Shown here: positions 20,128 through 30,022 of the stretch, piece after piece
Numbering within the stretch: position 1 is the stretch's first letter
How the letters are laid out: each line of letters begins with the position of its first letter
Origin: Terriglobia bacterium
GTDB lineage: Bacteria > Acidobacteriota > Terriglobia > 20CM-2-55-15
Assembly (NCBI GenBank): GCA_963664115.2
Contig: CAXWPJ010000010.1
Location: forward strand, 320,001 to 384,000
Length of the DNA stretch: 64,000 nt
Direction of reading: 5' to 3'
Notes under the pieces: model-generated
What the model was told of the DNA's origin: nothing
What the model saw: the letters and a program-made list of their open reading frames with translations, nothing else
The model's database searches: none
Position numbers and translations under genes: made by a program

Positions 20128-21870
20128 TTAATAGACCCTTTCTATCTCAATTCCCCGGTAGTAGGTCTTCAGAATTTCTTCGGCAGAAGCACCGTCGATC
20201 GCCATGCCATAGGCCCCTACCTGACACAGACCGACACCATGTCCCCAACCGCCTCCAAAGAAGCTCATTCCCAACAGCTCGCGATCGGCATTGCGTTCTT
20301 CGTCGATGTACACAAGGCTGTCGCGCAGACTGAAAAGTGTTCGCAGGCGGGAGCCTTCGATAACGCGCTCCCCATCCGTCCCTCGCACTTCGACCCGCAG
20401 GGCCCGGTTCGAGGGCCCCCGGGAAAGGATGACGATGTCATCCAGGTTCCCGATGTTGAGCGCACGGATTGCCTGATCCAGTTCTTCGCTGCTCCGATGA
20501 GTCTGCCAGTTGGCCAGGGGCGAGTAACGATCCGCTGCCGGACTCATCGGGCCGGAACGGTACACGAGTGCTTCGATCCGGTCGTCTATGATGCGCAGTT
20601 CCATGCTTTCACCGCCCAACCAAACCCCCTGATCCACAGGGATTCTCTCATCGCCAATTCTTCTGAAAACGGCCGCGTCGGGGGCCAGACTCAGTTGGCG
20701 GATTTCGGCACCGATGCGAGTTTCGAAAACTTCCCCATCCCAGTGGATCAACCGGGCATCCTGCCATTCGAATACGTTCTTTCTCAGCAGCAGCCGGAGA
20801 AGGACATCCTGCATCCGGTTCTCATCCGTCGTCGACAACACACCTTGTTCCTGCAGAAACAGGAGATCGGATTCGGCGGGTACGGTTGGAAAGAATTGGC
20901 TTTTGATGAATGACGCCAGCTCCTCCGCGCTCGTGCCGGAAGGAGAATCCACATTGGTGATCCCCAGGAACCGGCCTGCAGAGGCAAAGTCATCCACTCC
21001 GGCGATACCCAGCAAGCCCTCTTCCCAGTTTCTGTAAACAGTCGTCGACTCGAACGGTTGAGGGTCGGGATGTTCGTAGTGGCAGATCGTCGATACGAGA
21101 TAGGGCACGGCCTCGCCAAAAACGTTTTCCGCGTCCTCGGTCCGGCCACCGCAGGTCGAGCTGTACAGCGCGTTGATCGGCTCTCCCTCGTAAGTCGCAA
21201 TCTGGCCCCGCGTTTCTTCGATCGCCTGAGTGGCGAGAGGATGCTCGGTGTCGAGTCCTCCATAGACCTGGCAGAAATCCGTGTCACAGATATCGAATCC
21301 CTCGTCTTCGAATTGTCCAAGATTTCGGACGATGTAGGTTCTTGCCGCCACGGACTGAGCTTTCAGGGCCTCAAGCTCAGGAAAGGTATTCGGACCGAGT
21401 TCGTTGGGGACCACGCCCAGCAAATACGCCTCCAGGGGTAATTCATTGACGAGCGTCAGCGACCCGCGAGAAGTGCCCCGAACCTCAAGACCACCGCGAT
21501 AGGCACTACCGTCGACTCGGAGGGGGGCGTCACCGGGTTCGACACGGATCGCAGTCGAGGGGTCCATAGGCCGCAGGAATACGCGCTCGTCGTCGGTTTC
21601 GACCCCGATACGCGTTTCCAGGTCGTCTCTGTTGAACGGGCCCTCACCCTGAGCAAGGGCAATCACGATCAAAAATTCCGCCCGCCGTGTGGAGATCCCC
21701 TCGATCACAAAGGGAGCACTTGAACTCAGTGTGAATCCCTCAACGTTGCGCTCAATGCCGATCCGTACGGTTGGCTCCGCAGGTAGCGAGACCTGCGACA
21801 ACAGCACAAACCCTAACAACAACCGCAACCGGCCCAATCCCCCGATGCCTCTAACTTTCAACATTTTCAT
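20128..21870 (-). CDS. SpoIID/LytB domain protein (peptidoglycan lytic enzyme)
   Basis: LEAYLLGVVPNE, EALKAQSVAARTY, CQVYGG and GWGHGVGLCQVGA motifs. Confidence 0.9.
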   Translation of the reverse strand: MKMLKVRGIGGLGRLRLLLGFVLLSQVSLPAEPTVRIGIERNVEGFTLSSSAPFVIEGISTRRAEFLIVIALAQGEGPFNRDDLETRIGVETDDERVFLRPMDPSTAIRVEPGDAPLRVDGSAYRGGLEVRGTSRGSLTLVNELPLEAYLLGVVPNELGPNTFPELEALKAQSVAARTYIVRNLGQFEDEGFDICDTDFCQVYGGLDTEHPLATQAIEETRGQIATYEGEPINALYSSTCGGRTEDAENVFGEAVPYLVSTICHYEHPDPQPFESTTVYRNWEEGLLGIAGVDDFASAGRFLGITNVDSPSGTSAEELASFIKSQFFPTVPAESDLLFLQEQGVLSTTDENRMQDVLLRLLLRKNVFEWQDARLIHWDGEVFETRIGAEIRQLSLAPDAAVFRRIGDERIPVDQGVWLGGESMELRIIDDRIEALVYRSGPMSPAADRYSPLANWQTHRSSEELDQAIRALNIGNLDDIVILSRGPSNRALRVEVRGTDGERVIEGSRLRTLFSLRDSLVYIDEERNADRELLGMSFFGGGWGHGVGLCQVGAYGMAIDGASAEEILKTYYRGIEIERVY

Positions 21871-21874
21871 TTTT

Positions 21875-22046
21875 TCACCGCAAAGGCGCAAAGACGCAAA
21901 GAATAAGAACAGCTAGGCTGTGTACGTTTCAACGAAATACACTTCAGTGCGGTCCCAACAAAATTATTGCTAACCCAATAACCTCTGTCCGAGCTAGACG
22001 TACGCAGCCTAGTTCGATCTTTTCTTCCTTTGCGTCTTTGCGGTAA
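21875..22046. repeat. Family-A inverted-repeat element copy 4
   Basis: Family termini; inner stem CTAGGCTGTGTACGT / ACGTACGCAGCCTAG. Confidence 0.88.
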
Positions 22047-22059
22047 ATCTTCCCGTCCA

Positions 22060-23163
22060 TTAACTCATGTTGTAGAGGAACGTGAACTGCAACACGATCT
22101 GATTGTCGTCAAAATCGTCGGGTAAGCGCGGAAATGGATTCGAGGCTGTAATCGCTGCCGTCGCGGCGCGGTCCAGAGACAGCGTTCCCGAATCCGCCAC
22201 AAGTCGCAAATCCGTCACATCACCGTTCTCGGTGATCGTGAAGATCAATACGACCCGTCCCCGGTTTTGCCTCAACCGCGCGGCCTCCGGGATCAACGAA
22301 TACCAGTTCACTCGCACCCGATTGACAACCTGATTCATGTACGGCCCGAAGTCGTAGCCGCGCGTGTCCGACAAGATGGTCGGATCTTCGGTCGTAAAAT
22401 CGGGAATTTCAGGGACACCCTGTTGTGCTCTGGGACGGCGGCCATCGGCAGCCACGCGCCGTTCCTCGGCCAGGTTCTCTTCAACAATGCTCTCAGCGCG
22501 CTCCCTGAGATTAGGCAACAGGAGCGCATTGGGGTTCGTGTTTTCGGTGAGTTCAGTCAGGTCCTCTCCAGAGGCAATATCGGGCTCTCCGGCCTCAGCC
22601 TCCGCCAGAGCCTCCTCGATCTCCAAATCCCCGAATTCCCCCTCTTCAGCGGTCTCGCCCGCATCCGGATCGGTTTCAGCGATCACCAGATTGTCCGGAC
22701 GGTCCGGGGCTGGAGGCGTCAACTCCGCTTCAGGCACTGCATCTGGACGCGCCCCTTCAGTAATCACGTCGTCGGGACCGATGATTGGAGGCGGCGGTAT
22801 AGGGACTTCCGGCTGTTCTTCCGATTCCTCGGGCGGCGGGGGTGGCGGTGGGGGTGCGGCTTCCAGCACGGACGGGGCTTCGATTTCGGGTACGGGCTCA
22901 AGCTCCGCAACCTGGGGCGGCTCCTCCGGTGCCACGATGTCTTCGGGCGCCAGGATGAGGTCGTACTGTTCGAAGCGGTCGCGGTCAAACTCCTGGCCCG
23001 CGATACGGATGATGCGCAGCGGTGTGCTCCTCAAGAACTCAGGGTTGAAGAACACAAACAGAAACAGCAGCGCATGCACACCGATCGACAGACTCACACT
23101 TCGCCGCCGATCGAACCCGAATTCGGGTTTGTTCGTCAGCTGAAATTGGAGTTCATGTTTCAA
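22060..23163 (-). CDS. TonB/TolA family protein
   Basis: N-terminal TM with SxxxH, Pro/Glu-rich linker, TonB C-terminal domain (SG..LDRAA..AI..SNPF..LP). Confidence 0.85.
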   Translation of the reverse strand: MKHELQFQLTNKPEFGFDRRRSVSLSIGVHALLFLFVFFNPEFLRSTPLRIIRIAGQEFDRDRFEQYDLILAPEDIVAPEEPPQVAELEPVPEIEAPSVLEAAPPPPPPPPEESEEQPEVPIPPPPIIGPDDVITEGARPDAVPEAELTPPAPDRPDNLVIAETDPDAGETAEEGEFGDLEIEEALAEAEAGEPDIASGEDLTELTENTNPNALLLPNLRERAESIVEENLAEERRVAADGRRPRAQQGVPEIPDFTTEDPTILSDTRGYDFGPYMNQVVNRVRVNWYSLIPEAARLRQNRGRVVLIFTITENGDVTDLRLVADSGTLSLDRAATAAITASNPFPRLPDDFDDNQIVLQFTFLYNMS

Positions 23164-24107
23164 TTTCGCACGGCCGCCTCGGTTCGGGACCAGTGTGCCT
23201 GGATTTTATCAAGGACAGACATAGCCACGTCCAGCGCTTTCACTCCGTCGTCGCCACTGACACGCGGGGGTTGCCTGTCTCGAACTGACGAAGCAAACGC
23301 CGCTAACTGCAGCTTGAGCGGTTCGGCCACCTCCGGTTCGAGCTTCTTCTCACTGATACGTCCGCCGTCTAAAGAAAGGACGGAGCCTGTCTGAGACGCA
23401 TAATCGAGGGAAACATAGTCATGTGGCTGAAAAAAACGCAGCTTGCGGACCGAATCCGTGCTGACCCTGCTTGCCGTCATGTTGGCGACACAGCCGTCCT
23501 CGAATTCCAAGCGAACGTTCGCGATGTCGGCTTTGTCGGACAGAACCGGAATGCCAACGGCACGGATCTCGGACACCGGAGACTCGACGAGCGCCAACAC
23601 GATGTCGATGTCGTGAATCATCAGGTCGAGAACGACATCAACATCGAGGCTCCTCATGGAAAACTTGTTCAAACGATGGACTTCGAAAAACTGCGGCCGG
23701 GTCGCCACCTTGGAGGCGGCTTCGACAACGGGATTGAAACGTTCCACATGGCCGACCTGAAGAATACAACCCTTCTCATCCGCGATCCGAGTCATCGCCC
23801 GTGCCTGATCCCCGTCCCCCGCGATCGGTTTCTCGACCAACACGTCCAGACCACGCTCCAGACAATCAATCCCGATTGATGCATGCAGTTGGGTGGGTAC
23901 CGCGATACTGACGGCATCGACCTGTGACAACATATCTGTGTAATCGACAAAGGCCCGGGCTCCATACTGGGACCCAATCGATTCAGCTCGGTCGGCAAGC
24001 ACGTCCGCCACACCCACCAATTCGACATCGTCCAACTCAGAGTAAATCCGGGCGTGATGCTTACCCAGATGCCCAACCCCGATTACGCCAACCTTTAACA
24101 TATTCAA
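23160..24107 (-). CDS. Gfo/Idh/MocA oxidoreductase (GnnA-like)
   Basis: GVGHLG, VEKPI, GHVERFNP and DLMIHDID motifs; follows lpxI. Confidence 0.85.
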   Translation of the reverse strand: MNMLKVGVIGVGHLGKHHARIYSELDDVELVGVADVLADRAESIGSQYGARAFVDYTDMLSQVDAVSIAVPTQLHASIGIDCLERGLDVLVEKPIAGDGDQARAMTRIADEKGCILQVGHVERFNPVVEAASKVATRPQFFEVHRLNKFSMRSLDVDVVLDLMIHDIDIVLALVESPVSEIRAVGIPVLSDKADIANVRLEFEDGCVANMTASRVSTDSVRKLRFFQPHDYVSLDYASQTGSVLSLDGGRISEKKLEPEVAEPLKLQLAAFASSVRDRQPPRVSGDDGVKALDVAMSVLDKIQAHWSRTEAAVRN

Positions 24108-24125
24108 ACCACTACAAAGAGTTTT

Positions 24126-24307
24126 TCACCGCAAAGACGCAAAGGCGCAAAGGAAAATGAAGAGATCCACTGTGTAAAATTCCTCGAAATGAACCTGCCA
24201 TGGGTTCCCAACAACTGTGTTGCTAACCCAACTGTTTCTGGCCGAGCTAGACGTAGGCAATCTAGTTTCGTCTTTTCTTTCTTTGCGTCTTTGCGCCTTT
24301 GCGGTAA
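24126..24307. repeat. Family-A inverted-repeat element copy 5
   Basis: Family termini; core hairpin TGGGTTCCCAACAACTGTGTTGCTAACCCA. Confidence 0.88.
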
Positions 24308-24317
24308 AAACATCCGC

Positions 24318-25133
24318 TTACTCCACCGCCACGATGGTGATGTTGTTTTCGTCGGCGGTGCGGATCAGATCGTCGCGATCGATCATCAGCGTCTTGCGGG
24401 CTTCTATGGCCAGGGCTGTGACCTTTGATTCCACCATGATTGTCAGCGTGCCGGGTCCCACAACAGGTACGTCGAAACGCAGGTCCTGGTTGGGCTTCGC
24501 CAACTTCACTACGGCCAACCCCTGCCCGTTGACCAGCGAGGCCGCGCGTCGAATAACGGCGTCGGTGCCCTCCATAGCCTCCAGGGCCACGCACGCGCCA
24601 TCGCACACAACGACGGACTGCCCGAGATCAAGCCGCCCCAACTCCCGGGCAACACGAAAGCCATAATCCAGATTCTGTTGCTCGTCTCCGGAAGGGGCTC
24701 TCGCCGTCAATACCCCGGCGTCCGGCAATAAGGGCTCCAGAAATGCCGTTGAATCCATAAGCTCGATGCCCTCGTCCGCCAGAACACGCGCCACTCCCCC
24801 TATCAGGGAGTCCGTCGATTTCGTCGCCAACCCAGCCAACAGCTGGATCATTTTCAGATCGGGAACAATGCCACTGAAAATCTGCTTGTGCTTTACCTGA
24901 CCGGCCATCACCGCGCGGCTCACGCCTTCAGACTTAAAGGTCTTGATCAACTTACCCAACTGCCCAAGCGACATCCAATGAACGATTTGAGCCTTCTCTT
25001 CGATCTCCGGAAACGTCTCTTCCTTGATCGCTGCAACCACCATGGCGATGCCCTGACTGCGTGCCGCCTCCAGGACAAGGAAGGGGAAGCGGCCGTTCCC
25101 CGCAATGAGCCCGACCTTACTTGACGATCCCAC
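24318..25133 (-). CDS. lpxI: UDP-2,3-diacylglucosamine pyrophosphatase LpxI
   Basis: GLIAGNGRFP, DLGQSVVV, EAMEGTD and KPNQDLRFDVP motifs. Confidence 0.9.
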   Translation of the reverse strand: MGSSSKVGLIAGNGRFPFLVLEAARSQGIAMVVAAIKEETFPEIEEKAQIVHWMSLGQLGKLIKTFKSEGVSRAVMAGQVKHKQIFSGIVPDLKMIQLLAGLATKSTDSLIGGVARVLADEGIELMDSTAFLEPLLPDAGVLTARAPSGDEQQNLDYGFRVARELGRLDLGQSVVVCDGACVALEAMEGTDAVIRRAASLVNGQGLAVVKLAKPNQDLRFDVPVVGPGTLTIMVESKVTALAIEARKTLMIDRDDLIRTADENNITIVAVE

Positions 25134-25920
25134 GGTCCGACTTCTCGATGAAATCAATGACGATCTGCGCTTCAGCAGAATCAAGCTCGCGACCGATGGC
25201 CTCGACTGCCTGCGTGGTGTTCAACTTCGATTGCAGCAGCAGGCGGAAAGCTTTCTTGATGCTCCCGATTTGGTCGGGCAAAAAGCCCTTCCGCTCAAGA
25301 CCGATGGTGTTCACGCCGAACGCCTTGGTGTTTCTAGAGCTGACAGATTTCGAGAACGGCAGGACGTCCTTGGTAATGACGGAATACCCTCCCACGTACG
25401 CATGAAATCCAACGCGACAGTACTGATGGACGCCAGAAAAGGCTCCGATCGTGGCATGATCCTCTATCGTGACGTGTCCGGCGAGCGTCGCCGCGTTTGC
25501 CAGGATGATGTCGTTGCCCAAGAGACAATCGTGAGCAACATGGGCGTACACCATCAGAAAATTTCTATCGCCGATTCGGGTTTCTCCGCCGCCACCCGCA
25601 GTTCCTCGATGAAGATTGACGTATTCCCGGAAAATGTTGTCGTTCCCGATGGTCAAAGTCGTTTCTTCGCCACCGTGTTTGAGATCCTGAGGTTCGAGGC
25701 CGATCGTGGCGAACGGGTAAAACCTGTTGTTGGCGCCGATTTCGGTCGGGCCCTCGACAACAACGTGGGAGTCGAAGCGGCAACCGGGTCCGATCCTGAC
25801 GCCGCCGCCAATCGTCGAAAAGGGTCCGATGTACACGTCGGCGGCGATGACCGCGTCGGGGCTGACAACGGCACTGGAATGGATGTCGGGAGCTCTCTCT
25901 TGGAGGGGTCTGCTCTTCAC
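25117..25920 (-). CDS. lpxA: Acyl-ACP--UDP-N-acetylglucosamine acyltransferase
   Basis: Hexapeptide repeats, PQDLK, HRGT and HVAHDC motifs. Confidence 0.95.
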   Translation of the reverse strand: MKSRPLQERAPDIHSSAVVSPDAVIAADVYIGPFSTIGGGVRIGPGCRFDSHVVVEGPTEIGANNRFYPFATIGLEPQDLKHGGEETTLTIGNDNIFREYVNLHRGTAGGGGETRIGDRNFLMVYAHVAHDCLLGNDIILANAATLAGHVTIEDHATIGAFSGVHQYCRVGFHAYVGGYSVITKDVLPFSKSVSSRNTKAFGVNTIGLERKGFLPDQIGSIKKAFRLLLQSKLNTTQAVEAIGRELDSAEAQIVIDFIEKSDRGIVK

Positions 25921-26450
25921 GGCTGCTTCCCGACCGATGACAGCAACGTGGCTTCGGCCGCCAGCTCATCCCCGACATGAACCTGACCTCGCATCTTCCA
26001 TATCGTGGCTCTTCTCCGGATGATTTCGCCCGAGATGCGCAGTTGGTCCCCTGGAACGATGGGGCGGCGAAACTTGGCTCCATCGATACCCATGAAGTAG
26101 ACCAGGGAGTTTTCTATATCGGATTCTTCGAGCAGACCCAGAATTGCACCGACCTGGGCCATGCATTCAATGGTGAGAACTCCGGGCATGACCGGAGCGG
26201 TAGGAAAATGGCCGACAAAAAAGGGTTCGTTGATCGTGACGTTTTTGAGCGCCACGATGCGACGCCCCCGCTCGACCTCCACAACCCGATCAACCATCAG
26301 GAAAGGGTAGCGGTGCGGAAGGATCCGCATTATTTCGGCGATTCGCAGCTCCAAAGTTTCTCCTGACGCCCCCTCGCCTGTCTCAGTCCATCCGGCGTTC
26401 GGGTTCTGGGTATGGACAAATCGCTGGCTCTGCCCAACCCCAGCCTGCAA
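25917..26450 (-). CDS. fabZ: 3-hydroxyacyl-ACP dehydratase
   Basis: LPHRYPFLMVD, NEPFFVGHFP..PVMPGVL; start uncertain. Confidence 0.93.
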   Translation of the reverse strand: MQAGVGQSQRFVHTQNPNAGWTETGEGASGETLELRIAEIMRILPHRYPFLMVDRVVEVERGRRIVALKNVTINEPFFVGHFPTAPVMPGVLTIECMAQVGAILGLLEESDIENSLVYFMGIDGAKFRRPIVPGDQLRISGEIIRRRATIWKMRGQVHVGDELAAEATLLSSVGKQP

Positions 26451-26479
26451 GGCCAGCCACCCCGCAGCTAAAACCTTTC

Positions 26480-27046
26480 CTACGGTTGGGGCTCGGGAGT
26501 CACCGCCGGTGTCAGTGGAGGCGCCTCGGTGGTTTCTTCAGATGCCGCATCCATGCGTCGAATGATCTCGTTGGTGATGTCGATCGATGGAGCGGCGTAG
26601 ATCAACCCTGTCTGCTCTGCGGAGATATTGAAGATCAGCGTGTACTGCTGCTCATCCGCGTAGGCCTGAAAAACCGTCTGAGCCCTTTCGAATATCGGCA
26701 GCAACAGTTCATCGTTTTGAGCCTGCATTTCCAGTTGGGCGTCTTCCGAGGCGCGGGTGAGCCGTGTTTGCGTGTTCTGGATGTCACGATTGAGCCCGGC
26801 CAAAGCCGCCGCGGAAAGGACCCGCTCCTGAGTCGCCAACCGACCCTGCATCTCCTCCAGGCTCGCCTGCTGCACCTCCAGGTTCGCAGCCAATGAATTG
26901 TAATGCTGCTCCAGCTCTACACCGGCGGCACGGCCCTCTATGCTTTCGGCGACAACTCTGTCAAAGTTGATGACTGCGACTCTCTGCGCAAGAAGTGATG
27001 CCGGAGTCAACAGCGTCACTAGCAATACCAGCTTCAAGTACTTCAT
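26480..27046 (-). CDS. skp: OmpH/Skp periplasmic chaperone
   Basis: Signal peptide, VAVIN, coiled coil, DITNEII; follows bamA. Confidence 0.85.
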   Translation of the reverse strand: MKYLKLVLLVTLLTPASLLAQRVAVINFDRVVAESIEGRAAGVELEQHYNSLAANLEVQQASLEEMQGRLATQERVLSAAALAGLNRDIQNTQTRLTRASEDAQLEMQAQNDELLLPIFERAQTVFQAYADEQQYTLIFNISAEQTGLIYAAPSIDITNEIIRRMDAASEETTEAPPLTPAVTPEPQP

Positions 27047-27071
27047 CTTTCCTCCCACAAGTTCCTCCAAT

Positions 27072-29705
27072 CTAAAATGTCTTGCCAACGGTAAATTTGA
27101 ACCCCTTCTCCTGCTCCCTGAGAAAGAATTGCTGGCCGGAGTTGGGCGTCGTTATGGTCCGGTCAAGTCTCAAGGCATTGTAAAAATAAATCAGACGGAA
27201 CGGCGCATTAATCACCGGCATCAAGACCTGCAGCTCGGCCCCGGTGCTGACTCTGAGCCCGGAGTTCGTGCCCGGAATGAACTGGACATCGTCTATACGA
27301 ATGGATCCGTCGGGTTGAACAACCTCACGCTGCAACTGACTCGTATTAATTGCCCAGCTGTTTCCGATGTCGAGAAACGGCGCGAGAGTCAGCACTTGCC
27401 CTGCGATGGGAATGCGATACTCGATGTTGGCGACCGCCGTCGTATCGCCGCCCACATACGCAATGTCGTCGATCACGATCGGCTGACCCGTGAAATCATC
27501 AACCGATTCACGTGTAACGAACGCCATCGGGCTGATCGAGCGAAACTCGAAGCCACGCACATCGAAGTCCCCACCCATGAAATAGCGCTGGTAAAACGGA
27601 GTTCCCGTACCGGAGAAACCTCTGATGTGCCCGACCTGCAATCGAAACGCCAGCGTATTCCGGAAATTGTTCATGGGCTTATAGAACTGGTACTCGAAAA
27701 ACGGCTGGATATAGTTCGTGTTGCCGCCGAGGAAGCTGCCTGTGAAATTAAAACTCAAGCTGACGCTCTGGCCACTCTGCGGACGGTTGGGGTTGGATAC
27801 GGTGTTATACCTGTACGTCGAAATTATGGAACGCGTTTTAAAATCGCTGAAACTGCCGCCGGTCTGGACGAAGCTTCCACGTTCCGATTGGCGTACGTTG
27901 TCAAAAAAGGCCGACGTCGCCGGGTTGATCGCGTCGCTTGATGAATTGTCAAACTGAAAGGTCAGACCCAGGCGATGGAACACTCGCAAGGGATAGCTGG
28001 TAAAAACGTTGAAGCCTTGCCGGCTCTGTTCGTAATTGAGGCGGTTCTCGAAACCCAGACCGGTTGGCAGGTCGTCGGGATTGAGACCGAAAATGTCACG
28101 TGCCTGGTCAAACCGGTACTCGCTCTTGAAGATGGTAAAACCCGCCGAGATCGGCCGGTCCATCAGATATGGTTCTGTGAAGCTGAAGGAGAAGTTGGTC
28201 TGTCGGGTTCCACCCTGGGCCGTTACGGCCAGGGTCTCGCCAAACCCCAGAAAGTTGTTCGTTGAATAGTCGATACCCAGAAAGCTCCCGCCAATGCCAC
28301 TGACGCCACCGCTGAACCCGATTGTGTTTCCCCCGCGCTCTTCAACGTTCAGCGTGATGTCGACTTCCGCTTCGGTAGGGTTCGGCCGGATGTCGGCCGC
28401 ATCCGCGGTAATTTCCTCGAAGTAGCCCAGCTGGTTGAGCCGAAGCAGGCTCATATCCCAGAGCTGGGAGCTGAAAATCTTACCCTCTTCCAACATCACT
28501 TCCCGGCGTATGACCTTGTCGCGGGTGCTGGTGTTTCCGCGAAAGTTAATTCGGTTGACGAAGAACTGTCTATCCTCATCGACATTGATGGTCAGGTCCA
28601 CGATCCTGGCTTCATCGTCGAAATCATAGTTAGGCACCGGAGTGAAATTTACGTACCCGAAGTTTCCGTACAACTTTCCGAGGTCTTCAAACCCTTCCCT
28701 CAGCCGCGTCTCGTTAAACACCTCGCCTGAATTGAGGCGCAAAAAACTGAGCAGTTGCTCTTCGGTAAACTGCTCGTTACCGGTAACGTTTATGTCACGC
28801 AATCGATACTGGTCGTTTTCTTCAACCCGAATCTTAATAAAGAAACGGTCGACTTCCTTTTTCCAGAACGGAAGAGGAATTCCCCACGGGAACGAGGGTT
28901 TGATAAACGGGAGCGTCCGGCTGATTTTATGGGGACGAATCTCGACTTCCGGATCCAGGACAATGGCCCGAACGTAACCGTTCTCGCGAAATAGCATCTG
29001 GATGCGCGTAATGTCGTCGTTCATTTTCAGCGGGTGGTAGACGTCCTGGCTGCGGAACGAAGCAATCGGACCCGCTTCCTTGAGCAATTCCATCGCGCCT
29101 TTAATCTCGCCGTCGGAAAAGGCTACGTTGCCGAGGATTTCAATTTCCTCGATCTTGATCTTTGGTCCTTCATCGATCACGAAGGCCACACCGATGGCAT
29201 TGGGAGGAATCTCGTAGGTTTCGACTTCGACTGTCGCGTTCTGGCGGCCCTGTTCGGCCAGTAGGGACAACAGAACTGCTTTGGCCCGCTGAATCCGTGT
29301 CTCGTCGTATGGGATCTCTACGCTCAGACCCACCCCGGCGTCACGCAATCGTTCCAGAATGGACGACAGCGTAACCGAATCGTTTCCCTCGTAGTCGATG
29401 GCGCGGATGATGGGCTTCTCCGCGACTTCGAAAATCACGATCTTGCCGTTCTCGCCATCCTCTTCATCGACACGGATATCCTGGAAATATCCCAGGCCGT
29501 ACAGGACTCGAATGTCCCTCTGAATCACTCCCAATTGGACCAGCTCGCCGGGACGAGTCTGGAGATTGTATCGGATCGTTTCAGACGGAATCCTGCGGTT
29601 GCCCCGGACCTCGACGGCCTCGATTACATCCGGGACCGGCACCTCAAGGTCCTGGGGTTGAACGCCGTTGAGAAAAACCGCTAAAAAGACGGCGACAAGC
29701 TTCAT
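27072..29705 (-). CDS. bamA: Outer membrane protein assembly factor BamA
   Basis: POTRA repeats (GNTSTRDKVIRRE), VRGF motif, C-terminal Phe. Confidence 0.95.
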   Translation of the reverse strand: MKLVAVFLAVFLNGVQPQDLEVPVPDVIEAVEVRGNRRIPSETIRYNLQTRPGELVQLGVIQRDIRVLYGLGYFQDIRVDEEDGENGKIVIFEVAEKPIIRAIDYEGNDSVTLSSILERLRDAGVGLSVEIPYDETRIQRAKAVLLSLLAEQGRQNATVEVETYEIPPNAIGVAFVIDEGPKIKIEEIEILGNVAFSDGEIKGAMELLKEAGPIASFRSQDVYHPLKMNDDITRIQMLFRENGYVRAIVLDPEVEIRPHKISRTLPFIKPSFPWGIPLPFWKKEVDRFFIKIRVEENDQYRLRDINVTGNEQFTEEQLLSFLRLNSGEVFNETRLREGFEDLGKLYGNFGYVNFTPVPNYDFDDEARIVDLTINVDEDRQFFVNRINFRGNTSTRDKVIRREVMLEEGKIFSSQLWDMSLLRLNQLGYFEEITADAADIRPNPTEAEVDITLNVEERGGNTIGFSGGVSGIGGSFLGIDYSTNNFLGFGETLAVTAQGGTRQTNFSFSFTEPYLMDRPISAGFTIFKSEYRFDQARDIFGLNPDDLPTGLGFENRLNYEQSRQGFNVFTSYPLRVFHRLGLTFQFDNSSSDAINPATSAFFDNVRQSERGSFVQTGGSFSDFKTRSIISTYRYNTVSNPNRPQSGQSVSLSFNFTGSFLGGNTNYIQPFFEYQFYKPMNNFRNTLAFRLQVGHIRGFSGTGTPFYQRYFMGGDFDVRGFEFRSISPMAFVTRESVDDFTGQPIVIDDIAYVGGDTTAVANIEYRIPIAGQVLTLAPFLDIGNSWAINTSQLQREVVQPDGSIRIDDVQFIPGTNSGLRVSTGAELQVLMPVINAPFRLIYFYNALRLDRTITTPNSGQQFFLREQEKGFKFTVGKTF

Positions 29706-30022
29706 TATCTTCCTCCAAGCGACAAACGACAGAATCGTGTCAAATTGTACTACGACAACAGGTTAAAACCAATGGACAGTGCGGCATAACGCTTTCAGAG
29801 CCAGCCGGGCGCCGTCAGGTGATGCGCGAGCTTGCCAAAAGCCCCCGGAAACGCAATCCCGGCTCGGACACATCTCTCCAGCGGGGGCCAGACGCACGTG
29901 TCCTCAGACAGTTTTCACTTAGACTTTGGGGAAAGCGTTTCGGTGTAAAGAAGAAGTAAGAATCCGGAATTTCCGGGAACAGAGGGCCGGATTCCCTGAA
30001 TCGGGAGTCGGTTCAGAATTTC

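Noticed and set aside
3219-28000. Long antisense ORFs (3219-4331, 17867-18835, 22267-23394, 25105-25980, 26940-27941)
   Set aside because: They are shadows of well-supported genes on the opposite strand, common in GC-rich DNA, and carry no motifs.
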